DNA from: Fusobacterium sp.
GTDB taxonomy: Bacteria; Fusobacteriota; Fusobacteriia; Fusobacteriales; Fusobacteriaceae
DNA length: 64,000 nt
Direction of reading: 5' to 3'
Assembly (NCBI GenBank): GCA_019416865.1
Contig: DXWL01000001.1
Location: 39,559-103,558 of the forward strand
This document shows, piece after piece, positions 22,734-32,971 of the stretch. The stretch's first letter is position 1. The number at the start of each line of letters is the position of its first letter. The notes below the pieces were generated by a model, which ran no database searches, was not told the origin of the DNA, and saw only the letters and a list, made by a program, of their open reading frames with translations. The position numbers and the translations under genes are program-made.

Positions 22734-23903
22734 TTATCTGATATCAAAATATTTTTCAGGAACTTCCACATCAGTCATATGTAAGTATCCTTTACCAAAT
22801 ACATAAGTATCTTGATATATCAGAATGTAGTTATCTCTTTCAACACCATTTACATCTACAAGGTAACTTCCGTTCCATCCTGCACCAGGTGTATTTGCTT
22901 TTAATGTGTTCATAACTGCATCAAAATCTAAAATATCGCATTTTCCTTCTATAACATTAACAGCATGATCTCCCATTGCTTGAGCAACACTGAAGTTATA
23001 TGAATAAGCCCATGTTCCCATTCTTCCTGCTGCACCTTTATCAGATACAACTTTTTCTACTTTCTTAAGAATAGCTGGCCAATTTCCTTTTTCATTGTCA
23101 TTAAAATCAATTCCTAAAGCTCCAGGGTATCCCATTGTTGGAGAAGGAAGGTCAGCTTCTACAAAGTATCCTCCATCTTCAGCTATTCTTTTTAAAAGAG
23201 GCTCTGTATGAGCATCATTTGTTGCAAAGAATGCTGTTTTCTTACCATATTTTTGAAGCCAGTTAGGTACTTGTTCCAAAATATATTGTTGAGCTCCTGC
23301 AACTCCAACATCACTTACTGGATCTGGAGCAGAAACATCTATAAATTCCATTCCTAAATCTTTTGCTGTTTCAGCCATTATATTTCTTCTTCTTGATAAC
23401 ATTTCATAGCTCAAGTGTCTTGGGAAAGATACATGAACAAATTTTTCTGCTCCCATATCTTGAGCAGCCTTAACAATCAGATATCCTCTTGCTATTGCAT
23501 CAGGATAAAGTGCTAAATCTGAAACATCAGCTATCATTTCAGGATCTTCATGGGCTGTATTTGCCATCAAAATAATGTCAGGTCTTTTATCCCTTATTCT
23601 TCTAAATGCTTCAACAGTTCCTGGAACTGCCTCTGTCATAATTACTGCTTTCATTTCAGGGTCATCTGCCAAAGAAACTATTTGAGAAATTGTTGTTTCC
23701 ATCTCCTGCATAAAGTTATCTGGATATGTAATATGAACCACTTTTCCACCCTTATCAGCAGCTCCATACTTAGCCATTACAGCTTCTGCTCCTCTTAAAG
23801 AATCTTCCGACTGTGATACTGTTCCACTGACTACTCCTATATGATAAGCAAAACTTACTGCTGAAATTGCAGTCATAAACATCGCTACTAAAGACTTTTT
23901 CAT
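22734..23903 (-). CDS. DUF3798-family putative ABC substrate-binding protein (paralog 2)
   Basis: Highly similar to paralog 1; signal peptide MKKSLVAM; RBS GGGAGG. Confidence 0.8.
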   Translation of the reverse strand: MKKSLVAMFMTAISAVSFAYHIGVVSGTVSQSEDSLRGAEAVMAKYGAADKGGKVVHITYPDNFMQEMETTISQIVSLADDPEMKAVIMTEAVPGTVEAFRRIRDKRPDIILMANTAHEDPEMIADVSDLALYPDAIARGYLIVKAAQDMGAEKFVHVSFPRHLSYEMLSRRRNIMAETAKDLGMEFIDVSAPDPVSDVGVAGAQQYILEQVPNWLQKYGKKTAFFATNDAHTEPLLKRIAEDGGYFVEADLPSPTMGYPGALGIDFNDNEKGNWPAILKKVEKVVSDKGAAGRMGTWAYSYNFSVAQAMGDHAVNVIEGKCDILDFDAVMNTLKANTPGAGWNGSYLVDVNGVERDNYILIYQDTYVFGKGYLHMTDVEVPEKYFDIR

Positions 23904-24010
23904 AAATATCCCTCCCATATCGTATAATCTTTAAAATTAAATGATTCAATTTGTATTGTTCATTTTTTTAGTACTGCAGTTACTGTAAAGCAATCAATTA
24001 ATTATGTGAG

Positions 24011-24039
24011 ATTATACTCCTTATTATCTTCAATGTCAA
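24011..24039 (-). promoter_or_regulatory. Consensus sigma70 promoter
   Basis: TTGACA-17-TATAAT upstream of DUF3798 paralog 2. Confidence 0.8.
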
Positions 24040-24193
24040 TATAAAGAGTGATATATATTTTTCCTAACCTATATCTATTTTTTAAATGTTTCTTTAATTT
24101 ATTATTTTTAAATATTTTAAGAATAGAATTTTCTTTACTGATCTTAAAAAAATTGTATTTTTTATCTTTTTTTTAATATTTTACTTCTAAAAT

Positions 24194-25048
24194 TTATTCT
24201 ATATCTAAAGGAACCTTTCTTACAGGAGCAGGAAATGCCTTGTCCAATGCTCTTAAATCATCATTGTCCAGTTTTATTTTAAGACACTCTATATTCTGTT
24301 TCATATGTTCAAGTTTAGATGCTTTAGGTATAGCCAACATATTATTCTGACTTAATACAAAACATAAAAGTACCTGCATTGGAGTTATCTTATGCTTTGC
24401 TGCAATTTTTTTCACTGTTTCTGATTCCAAAAGCTGTCCTCTAAGTCTTCCCCCTTGTGCTAAAGGACAATATGCTATTGTTGCAATATTATTTCTGTCT
24501 GTAAAAGGTTTTAAAGAATACTCTATACCTCTTGAACCAAGATGATAAAGCACTTGATTTACACGACAATTTTCTCCTTCAGAAAGATTTACTATCTCTT
24601 CCATATCATCTATATCCATGTTAGATACTCCCCAACGACGAATTTTTCCTCTTCTTACAAGCTCTTCCATACATTCAATAGTTTCTTCAAAAGGTATCAT
24701 TCCCCTCCAATGAAGAAGATATAGATCTAAATAATCTGTCCCTAATCTTTCCAAAGTTTTTTCACAAGCTTGAAAAATTCTTCCTCTTCCTGCATTGCTT
24801 GGAAGAACTTTTGAAATTATAAAAAGTTTTTCTCTGTCATATCCCTTAATTGCTTCACCTACAAGAAGTTCACTTCTTCCGTTTCCATACATTTCTGCTG
24901 TATCTATTGTTGTTACACCATTATCTATTGCATATCTTATACTTTTTATCTCTTCTTCTCTAGCTCTTTGAGAATCCCCCATATACCATGTTCCTATTCC
25001 TAAATTTCCTAATTCTGTTCCATCTGATAAAACTACTTTTTTATTCAT
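24194..25048 (-). CDS. Aldo/keto reductase
   Basis: IDTAEMYG, DLYLLHW, GVSN and IPKAS motifs. Confidence 0.93.
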   Translation of the reverse strand: MNKKVVLSDGTELGNLGIGTWYMGDSQRAREEEIKSIRYAIDNGVTTIDTAEMYGNGRSELLVGEAIKGYDREKLFIISKVLPSNAGRGRIFQACEKTLERLGTDYLDLYLLHWRGMIPFEETIECMEELVRRGKIRRWGVSNMDIDDMEEIVNLSEGENCRVNQVLYHLGSRGIEYSLKPFTDRNNIATIAYCPLAQGGRLRGQLLESETVKKIAAKHKITPMQVLLCFVLSQNNMLAIPKASKLEHMKQNIECLKIKLDNDDLRALDKAFPAPVRKVPLDIE

Positions 25049-25065
25049 AAAATTTCCTCCTCTAT

Positions 25066-26031
25066 TTATTTTACAAATTTTCTATATCCTGTTTGAAAAT
25101 CCACTAGATTTTTCATAGGTTTATTTCCATAATAAGATTTTAAATTATCTATTGCTATATTTCTTATCCTTTCAAGAGTTTCTTTTAAATGATACCCTCC
25201 TGATACATGAGGTGTTATCAATATATTTTTTGCATCCCACAGAGGACTGTCCTTTGGAAGAGGCTCTATATCTGTTACATCTATCCCTGCTCCTCCAATT
25301 TTTCCACTGTTTAATGCTTCACATAGATCCAAACTGTTTACTGTACTTCCTCTTCCTACATTTAAAAATAAGGAACTTCTTTTCATTTTGCTGAATTTCG
25401 AACCATCAAAAAGATTTGTAGTTTCTTTAGTTTCTGGAAGAGAAACAGCCACTATATCAAATTTAGGAAGTATCTCTTCAAGTTCCTCCATCTGATACAT
25501 CTCTTCAATATATGAAGGAGTTTCTGTTTTGTGTCTTTTTATTCCATATACTCTGCTTCCAAGAGCATACATCTTTTTGGCAAACTCTCCCCCTATATCT
25601 CCAAGACCTACCACAAGAGTTTTAGAACCATATATAGATAAAACCTCTCCTTCATCTTTCCAAAGATGATTTTTTTGATTTTCTGCATAAAGACAGATTT
25701 TTTTCTGAAGTGCCAGTACCATAGCCAACATATGTTCAGATATTGCTAAGCCATAAGCACCTGTTGCATTAGTAAGAATCACACCCTCTTTCAGCACACC
25801 TTTTTCTGTATAGTTATTTGCTCCTGCACTGTTAAGCTGTATCCATTTTAAATTTTTACTTTCCTTTAAAATTTTTACAGGTACATTTCCTAAGATTATA
25901 TCTGCCTGATATATATCTTCCTTAGTAACTTCACTGGCAGGACAATATTTTATTTCAGCATCAAAAGCTATTTCTTTTATCTCTCTTTTATGTTTTTCTT
26001 CCATAGGTATAGTAACTAATATTTTTCTCAT
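25066..26031 (-). CDS. D-2-hydroxyacid dehydrogenase
   Basis: GLGDIG, NVGRG, EPLP and ITPHVSG motifs. Confidence 0.92.
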   Translation of the reverse strand: MRKILVTIPMEEKHKREIKEIAFDAEIKYCPASEVTKEDIYQADIILGNVPVKILKESKNLKWIQLNSAGANNYTEKGVLKEGVILTNATGAYGLAISEHMLAMVLALQKKICLYAENQKNHLWKDEGEVLSIYGSKTLVVGLGDIGGEFAKKMYALGSRVYGIKRHKTETPSYIEEMYQMEELEEILPKFDIVAVSLPETKETTNLFDGSKFSKMKRSSLFLNVGRGSTVNSLDLCEALNSGKIGGAGIDVTDIEPLPKDSPLWDAKNILITPHVSGGYHLKETLERIRNIAIDNLKSYYGNKPMKNLVDFQTGYRKFVK

Positions 26032-26075
26032 AACAGCTCCTTTTAAATATAGTTTATATATTCAAATTATATAAA

Positions 26076-26102
26076 AAAGAGGCTGTCTGAAACAGCCTCT
26101 TA
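26076..26102 (-). terminator. Intrinsic terminator after the glycerate kinase gene
   Basis: AAGAGGCTGT-ctgaa-ACAGCCTCTT hairpin. Confidence 0.75.
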
Positions 26103-26111
26103 TTAACACAT

Positions 26112-27257
26112 TTAAAATTTCTTTCCAATCATAAATGCTCTTATTGCCTTTTCACCTGTAAACTCAAGAAGCTCTCCCACATCTTTTATTGCTTTATCAA
26201 GGCTCATAGGTTCATTAATAATATCCAGTACTAAATCTATTCCATTTTTATAGATCTCTTCAAGATCTCTTGCAGAACTTCCTACCACAGCAATAACTGG
26301 TATATTATATTTTTTAGCCAATTTTGCTATTCCTACAGGAGCTTTTCCACATACAGACTGGTTGTCTATTCTTCCCTCTCCTGTAATAACAAGATCTGCA
26401 TCTTTAAGAGTTTCCTCCAAATTTATAAGATCCATTATTTTTACTATTCCCTCTTTAAATTCTGCTTTGCAGACACTTAGAAGTGCATACCCAAGCCCTC
26501 CTGCTGCTCCGCTTCCTGGATGATTAGAATAGTCTTTTCCAGATATTTCATCTATTATATTCCCATAATTTCTTAAAATGCTGTCAAGTTCTTTTACACC
26601 TTCAGGAGTTGCTCCCTTTTGAGGACCAAATATATAGGAAGCTCCATTTTCTCCACAAAGAGTATTACGAACATCTGATAAAACCGTAATTTTAGCTTCT
26701 GCTACTCTTTTGTCAAAATTTGAAAGATCTATTCTTTTTAACTTTTTAAGTTCTGTAGGAGTATATCCTATTTTATTTCCTTCAGCATCATAGAACTCTG
26801 CCCCTAATGAAACAAGCATTCCTGCTCCCCCATCATTTGTGGCACTTCCTCCAACACCTATATAAATCTCTCTTATTCCTCTGTCAAGTACAGCTTTTAA
26901 AACCTCTCCAACACCATATGTACTGGCTGCAAAAGGATTTAGTTCTTCACGTTTTACAAGATTTATTCCTGATGCTTCTGCCATCTCCATTACAGCAATT
27001 TTATCATCTAAAATTCCATATCTGGCATTTACTTCTGCTCCAAGAGGACCATGAACTTTTTCAAACATATATTTTCCAGAAGCAGATTCAACAATAGCTT
27101 CTACTGTTCCCTCGCCTCCATCAGCAATAGCAACTTTTTTTACGAAAGCATCTTTGCATATATGTTTTATTCCCTTTTCAATATATTCAGAAACCTCTTT
27201 TGAAGTTGCACTCCCTTTGAAAGAATCTACAGCAACTACTATTTTCATATTTTTCAT
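26112..27257 (-). CDS. garK: Glycerate kinase
   Basis: DSFKGS, ADGGEGT, GGSATNDGG and TGEGRID motifs. Confidence 0.93.
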   Translation of the reverse strand: MKNMKIVVAVDSFKGSATSKEVSEYIEKGIKHICKDAFVKKVAIADGGEGTVEAIVESASGKYMFEKVHGPLGAEVNARYGILDDKIAVMEMAEASGINLVKREELNPFAASTYGVGEVLKAVLDRGIREIYIGVGGSATNDGGAGMLVSLGAEFYDAEGNKIGYTPTELKKLKRIDLSNFDKRVAEAKITVLSDVRNTLCGENGASYIFGPQKGATPEGVKELDSILRNYGNIIDEISGKDYSNHPGSGAAGGLGYALLSVCKAEFKEGIVKIMDLINLEETLKDADLVITGEGRIDNQSVCGKAPVGIAKLAKKYNIPVIAVVGSSARDLEEIYKNGIDLVLDIINEPMSLDKAIKDVGELLEFTGEKAIRAFMIGKKF

Positions 27258-27261
27258 AAGC

Positions 27262-28161
27262 TTACCTCTTTAATAAACCAGCTTCATCCATTTTTCCAGC
27301 CATAAAATCTACTACAGCTTCTTTCGATGGAAGAGTAGGTTTAATTGGTGCTCCAACATTCATTTTATTTATGTTTGCCATATCTTTAGCTGCTACAGGG
27401 AAACTTGCTTTATCCATTGATAATCTTACAGGATTTAATTTAAATTGAAGTTCAAGAGATTCTTTTAAGTTTCCTTCTGCAAATTTATTATATATTGATG
27501 TTACTAATTCTGGGAATATGTTGGCAGTAGTACATACTCCTCCAACTGCTCCTATTGTTAATGAAGAATAAATTAATGTGTCTTTTCCTCCAAATACTTT
27601 GAATCCAAGATCTCTTGTTCTTCTTATAAATTCAAGAACTTGGTTGATATCTCCACTTGAATCTTTAATACCAACAATATTTTTTACCTCTCTTGCAAGT
27701 TTTTCTACTAAATCAGCAGAAAGAGTATATCCTATTCTTGGATTATTATAAATTAATAGAGGAAGGTCTCCTATTGATTCTGCTACTGTTTTATAGTGTA
27801 AAAACAGCTCATCCTCTGTAGGTTTTAAAAACATTGGCTGTAAAAGTGCAATTCCGTCAACTCCAAGTCTTTTTCCAAGTTGAGCAAGTTTTACACATTT
27901 AGAAGTTCTTATAGCTCCAACTCCCATTATTACAGGAACTCTTCCATTAACTTCTTCTAAAATAACTTTTGTTATTTTTTCATAATCCTCTTCATCAAAC
28001 ATATAAAATTCGCTGTTGCTTCCGTGTGCAAGTATTCCGCTTACACCACCGTCTATTACAAAGTTAACTTGTTTTCTTAATTTTTCTATGTCCACATTTT
28101 CATTCTCATCAACTGGAGTGATAATTGGAACATATATCCCTTTCAACAAACTTAAATCCAT
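27262..28161 (-). CDS. DapA/NAL-family class I aldolase, probably acting on 5-keto-4-deoxyglucarate
   Basis: GSNSE, IYNNP and GIKDSSGD motifs; located between garR and garK. Confidence 0.8.
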   Translation of the reverse strand: MDLSLLKGIYVPIITPVDENENVDIEKLRKQVNFVIDGGVSGILAHGSNSEFYMFDEEDYEKITKVILEEVNGRVPVIMGVGAIRTSKCVKLAQLGKRLGVDGIALLQPMFLKPTEDELFLHYKTVAESIGDLPLLIYNNPRIGYTLSADLVEKLAREVKNIVGIKDSSGDINQVLEFIRRTRDLGFKVFGGKDTLIYSSLTIGAVGGVCTTANIFPELVTSIYNKFAEGNLKESLELQFKLNPVRLSMDKASFPVAAKDMANINKMNVGAPIKPTLPSKEAVVDFMAGKMDEAGLLKR

Positions 28162-28198
28162 TTAAAATCCTCCCAAACTTTTCTCATCAAATAAATTA

Positions 28199-29089
28199 TT
28201 AGTCTTTTTTACCAACAGTGATGTTGTTTATTTTTTCATAATAGTTTAGTAAAGCTGAGTGGTCTTTTTTCTCTCTTCCGTCTATTTTAAGAGATTGCAT
28301 CATTTCCATAACTTGAGCTGTTAATGGTAGAGATACATTGATTGAGTGAGATGTATCAAGTGCATTTTGTAAGTCTTTTATGTGTAATTCAATTCTGAAT
28401 CCTGGTTCAAAGTTTCTTGATAACATCATTGGAGCTTTTGCGTTCATTACTGTACTTCCTGCAAGTCCTCCTCTTATAGCTTCAAATACTAATTGTGGAT
28501 CTACTCCTGCTTTTTCACAAAGTACAAAAGCTTCACTTAGAGCTGCAATGTTTACAGCAACTATCATTTGGTTAGCAAGTTTTGTTGTATTTCCTGCTCC
28601 AACTGCTCCTGTTCTTACTACTGAACCTGCCATAGATTTCATTAAATCATAATATTTATCAAATAATTCTTGTTCTCCTCCAACCATTACAGATATTGTT
28701 CCGTCGATAGCTTTTGGTTCTCCTCCTGATACTGGAGCATCTAAGAATCCTACATTGATTTCTGCTAATTTAGCTGCGATATTTTGGCTTTCTACTGGGT
28801 TTATAGAACTCATGTCTATTACAACTGAACCTGCTTTTAATCCTTCAGCTGCTCCATTTGCATCAAATAAAGCTGATTTAACATGAGGTGAGTTTGGAAG
28901 CATAGTGATTAAAACATCACAGTTTTCTCCAACTTCTTTTCCTGATTTTGCTGCTTTTGCACCACAAGATACTAAATCTTCAACTGCTGCTGTATTAAAA
29001 TCAAAAACAGTTACTTCATATCCTGCTTTTAAAACATTTTTACACATTGGTCTTCCCATTATTCCTAATCCGATAAATCCTACTTTCAT
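28199..29089 (-). CDS. garR: 2-hydroxy-3-oxopropionate (tartronate semialdehyde) reductase
   Basis: GFIGLGIMG, DAPVSGGEPKA, KLANQ and FRIELHIKDL motifs; RBS GGAGGT before the ATG at 29089. Confidence 0.92.
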   Translation of the reverse strand: MKVGFIGLGIMGRPMCKNVLKAGYEVTVFDFNTAAVEDLVSCGAKAAKSGKEVGENCDVLITMLPNSPHVKSALFDANGAAEGLKAGSVVIDMSSINPVESQNIAAKLAEINVGFLDAPVSGGEPKAIDGTISVMVGGEQELFDKYYDLMKSMAGSVVRTGAVGAGNTTKLANQMIVAVNIAALSEAFVLCEKAGVDPQLVFEAIRGGLAGSTVMNAKAPMMLSRNFEPGFRIELHIKDLQNALDTSHSINVSLPLTAQVMEMMQSLKIDGREKKDHSALLNYYEKINNITVGKKD

Positions 29090-29302
29090 TTTTACCTCCA
29101 TATATTTTATTAGTTGTTGTGTTTTATATTATATTTCTTATTATGTCTTATTTTAAACTAATTATCTCTCTTATTCAATGTTATGCAGAACATTATTTTT
29201 CTCTATTTTTTATTTTTTTTGTTATATATAACATATTTTTTTGTATTTTTTATTTTAATATGATAATATTAACTTAAGATATTTATTTTAAAGGGGTGAA
29301 AT

Positions 29303-30412
29303 ATGAATATTCCTACTGATATTGCTTTAAAAATTGTTAAAGATATGAAAGATATTATTAATCAAGATTTAAATTTTATTAATACAGACGGATATATTAT
29401 TGCAAGTACTGATAGAAAAAGAATCGGACAAATACATGAGGCTTCTTTAAAATGTATTTCCACAAACAGTGATGTTGTAATAAACAGTGATACAGAGTAT
29501 GCAGGAAGTAAAAAAGGAATAAATATCCCTGTCCATCTTAACAATGAAATTGTTGGAGTTATTGGAATTACTGGAGATAGAAAAGATGTGGAAAGATTTG
29601 GTAAAATTATAAAATCTATGACAGAGATTCTTGTAAAAGAAGCATGGCTTAAGGAACTTTCTATAAAAAAAAGAGAACAAAATAGAAATATTATTGAAAC
29701 TATGCTTTTTGGTAATTATAAAAATATAGAGTTTTACACTTCTCTTTCTTTCCCATACACAGTTATTATTGGAAATATTAACAATAATTTTAAAGATAAT
29801 AATGATCTTTATAAAATTTTAGAAACTTTTTTGGCTAGGAATAAAAAAAATATTTTTGCTATTACTTCTGATCAAATTATTATATTCTTAAATTCAGATA
29901 AAAAAAATTATATTGAAGAGTTTATCTCTGCAATACAAAAAAATCTTTCTGAATCTTTAAAATTTGATTTTAAATTTGGTATAGGTGAACCTGCCAAATC
30001 TCCAAAAGATTTTATAACTTCATATTCTGAAGCAAAAAATGCTCTAAAATATGCTCTTAATTTTAATACAGATAAAAAATATCTTCTTTATTCAGAATTA
30101 GATTTGGGAATTCTTCTTCCAAATATCAGCCAGGAAAAAATTTTTGAATTCACAAATAAAGTTATTGGAATGCTGGATAAAGATGAATTCTGTTCTTTCT
30201 ATGAAATTTTTAATGCTTATAAAAAGAATAATGGCAGTATAAAAAATGCATCTGCTGAACTTTTTATGCATAAAAACACTCTTCAATATCAACTGAACAA
30301 AATAGAAAAACTCACAGGATATGATCCTAGAAATCTTAAAGATTTTTCTATTTTAGATCTCGCATTTACTCTTAGAAACTTTAATTTATATAAAGAGAAA
30401 GAGCAGTTTTAA
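29303..30412 (+). CDS. cdaR: CdaR family sugar-diacid transcriptional regulator
   Basis: IIASTD..RIG..HE and GINIP diacid-recognition domain; C-terminal HKNTLQYQL..IEKLTG HTH. Confidence 0.9.
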   Translation: MNIPTDIALKIVKDMKDIINQDLNFINTDGYIIASTDRKRIGQIHEASLKCISTNSDVVINSDTEYAGSKKGINIPVHLNNEIVGVIGITGDRKDVERFGKIIKSMTEILVKEAWLKELSIKKREQNRNIIETMLFGNYKNIEFYTSLSFPYTVIIGNINNNFKDNNDLYKILETFLARNKKNIFAITSDQIIIFLNSDKKNYIEEFISAIQKNLSESLKFDFKFGIGEPAKSPKDFITSYSEAKNALKYALNFNTDKKYLLYSELDLGILLPNISQEKIFEFTNKVIGMLDKDEFCSFYEIFNAYKKNNGSIKNASAELFMHKNTLQYQLNKIEKLTGYDPRNLKDFSILDLAFTLRNFNLYKEKEQF

Positions 30413-30429
30413 AAACTGCTCTTTCTTTA
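30391..30429. terminator. Bidirectional terminator between cdaR and gudD
   Basis: AAAGAGAAAGAGCAGTTTT/AAAACTGCTCTTTCTCTTT inverted repeat between convergent genes. Confidence 0.7.
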
Positions 30430-30469
30430 ATAGTTTAGGATTATAAAATGTATGTACTATTCAACTTAA

Positions 30470-31795
30470 TTATCTTACAAGACATGGTTTTTTGTTATCA
30501 AATTTCCAATCTTTTATTAAATATTGCATTGCTACAGAGTCATCTCTTGCACCAAGATTTTTTTCTACATATAATTTGTGAGCTGCCATGATTTTATCCA
30601 TGTCTATCTCTATTCCAAGTCCTGGTACATCTTTTGGAACTGTTATCTCTCCGTTTACTATTTTATGTGCATTTTTAGTTAGATCTTGTCCATCTTGCCA
30701 AATCCAGTGAGTATCAATAGCTGTAATATTTCCAGGAACTGCTGCTGCTACATGGCTGAACATTGCAAGAGATATATCAAAGTGGTTATTTGAATGAGAT
30801 CCCCAAGTTAAACCAAATTCATTACACATTTGTCCTACTCTTACTGAACCTTCCATTGTCCAGAAATGTGGATCTGCAAGAGGGATAGAAACACTGTTTA
30901 GAGCTACAGAGTGCTGCATTTGTCTCCAATCAGTAGCTATCATATTTGTTGCTGTTGGAAGTCCTGTTGCTTTTCTGAATTCAGCCATAACTTCTCTTCC
31001 TGAGAATCCATCTTCAGCTCCGCAAGGATCTTCTGCATAAGCAAGGATTCCGTGCATATCTTTACATAAAGATACTGCTTCTTTTAATGACCATGCTCCA
31101 TTTGGATCAAGAGTAATTCTTGCTTCTGGGAATGCTTCATGAAGTGCTTTTATAGCTTTTATTTCTTCTTTACCTTCTAAAACTCCACCTTTTAATTTGA
31201 AATCTTCAAATCCATATCTTGCATGAGCTGCTTTTGCAAGAGCTACTATTTTTTCAGGAGTCATTGCTTCATCTCTTCTAATTCTTCCCCATTCATCAGA
31301 ATTATCATCTCCTGCTAAATATGGAAGATCAGTTTTGTTTCTGTCAGCAACATAGAAAAGGTATCCTAGAACTTTAACTTTTTCTCTTTGTTGTCCTTCA
31401 CCAAGAAGTGCAGCAACTGGAACATTTAAGTATTTTCCCATAAGATCAAGAAGCGGTGCTTCAACTGCTGTCATTACATGAACTGTTGTTCTAAGGTCAA
31501 ATGTTTGAGTTCCTCTTCCAGAAGAATCTCTGTCTATGAAAGTATCATGAATACTTTTTACTATATTTTTATATTCTCCAATGCTTCTTCCTACTACTAA
31601 AGATTTAGCATCTTCAAGAGTTTTTCTTATTTTTTCTCCTCCAGGAACTTCTCCAACTCCGATTTCTCCATTGTCAGCTTTTAATATAACTATATTTCTT
31701 GTGAAATATGGTCCATGAGCTCCGCTTAGGTTTAAAAGCATACTGTCATATCCTGCAACTGGAATTACATTCATTTCAATAATTTTAGGTGTCAT
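30470..31795 (-). CDS. gudD: Glucarate dehydratase
   Basis: [21 protein letters not shown] and GSHSNNHFD motifs; start moved to MTPKI. Confidence 0.95.
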   Translation of the reverse strand: MTPKIIEMNVIPVAGYDSMLLNLSGAHGPYFTRNIVILKADNGEIGVGEVPGGEKIRKTLEDAKSLVVGRSIGEYKNIVKSIHDTFIDRDSSGRGTQTFDLRTTVHVMTAVEAPLLDLMGKYLNVPVAALLGEGQQREKVKVLGYLFYVADRNKTDLPYLAGDDNSDEWGRIRRDEAMTPEKIVALAKAAHARYGFEDFKLKGGVLEGKEEIKAIKALHEAFPEARITLDPNGAWSLKEAVSLCKDMHGILAYAEDPCGAEDGFSGREVMAEFRKATGLPTATNMIATDWRQMQHSVALNSVSIPLADPHFWTMEGSVRVGQMCNEFGLTWGSHSNNHFDISLAMFSHVAAAVPGNITAIDTHWIWQDGQDLTKNAHKIVNGEITVPKDVPGLGIEIDMDKIMAAHKLYVEKNLGARDDSVAMQYLIKDWKFDNKKPCLVR

Positions 31796-32041
31796 CTTCT
31801 TCTCCTTTTTAATATCTTTCTCACTAATCATAATTTTTAATACATTTAGTTCTGTTATAAAAATTTTTGTCTGTTTTCTTGCTTTTATTTTACTGCATTT
31901 TTATAATTAAGTGAACTTCTTCTTTTTAATACTTCTCTAAGTTTTTCTTATTGTAAAAATCCGTCTTATAAAAAAGGAACAAATAAAATTGCTCCTTTTT
32001 TAGTAATTTAAATTTTCAGTAAAATTAATATTCTATTACAT

Positions 32042-32953
32042 TTAAAGAACCATACACCACAGTGGTATAGTTATTATTGATAAAACTGTACTGCATACTA
32101 TACATTTTCCCGCAAAAATATAGTCCCCATTATATTTTGCTGCTAAAATAGCACTCGTACTAGCTGCAGGCATTCCACTTATAAGAACTTCTATTCCTGT
32201 ACTTAAAGGATTTACACCACATATTCTGCATAATGAAAATACTATAAATGGTATCAAAATAAGTCTTATAAACGAATAATACAACACTGTTTTTGAAACT
32301 ACTGATTTTACATCCTCTATCTCCCCCAAAATACTTCCGATTAAAATCATAGAAACAGCTGTAGTACAACCTCCCACACTCTTTAAAGTTTTATCAAGAA
32401 AAAATGGAAGATTAATTTGAAAAAACATGAGTATCAATCCTATATAAACAGCTATTATACAAGGGTGCAGTGCCACTCTCTTAAAAATATCTTTTTTGCT
32501 TCCTGAAGCTGTAAAACAAGAAATCCCTGCTGACCACATAACTATTCTCTGTGGTATAAGACAAACTGAACCATACATAAGCCCAGCTAATTCATAAACT
32601 CCTTCAACAACTGCCAGTCCCATAAATCCAGCATTTGATGAAACAGTTGCATATTTTAAAACTTTTCTTCTTCCTTCAGGCTGATTCTTGTATAAGATAC
32701 CTGCTAAAAACATACTTATAAACTGTGCTGCAAAAGCAAATACTATTATCACTATAAATTTTATCAATATTTCATAATTAAATTTAACTCTGAAAGAATT
32801 TGTTATCATTGCAGGTAAAAATACATATATAAGCAAATCTGTAAGAACTGCTCTTCCCTCTTCAGTAAGTATTCCTTTTCTCTTGACAATTATTCCAATT
32901 ACCATAAGGAGAAATAATATTCCCTGAAGAGATAAAATTTTTGATATCTCCAT
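32042..32953 (-). CDS. AEC (auxin efflux carrier) family transporter
   Basis: SNAGFMG and MPAAS motifs; about 10 TM helices. Confidence 0.85.
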   Translation of the reverse strand: MEISKILSLQGILFLLMVIGIIVKRKGILTEEGRAVLTDLLIYVFLPAMITNSFRVKFNYEILIKFIVIIVFAFAAQFISMFLAGILYKNQPEGRRKVLKYATVSSNAGFMGLAVVEGVYELAGLMYGSVCLIPQRIVMWSAGISCFTASGSKKDIFKRVALHPCIIAVYIGLILMFFQINLPFFLDKTLKSVGGCTTAVSMILIGSILGEIEDVKSVVSKTVLYYSFIRLILIPFIVFSLCRICGVNPLSTGIEVLISGMPAASTSAILAAKYNGDYIFAGKCIVCSTVLSIITIPLWCMVL

Positions 32954-32971
32954 ATTTCTACCTCTTTTTTA

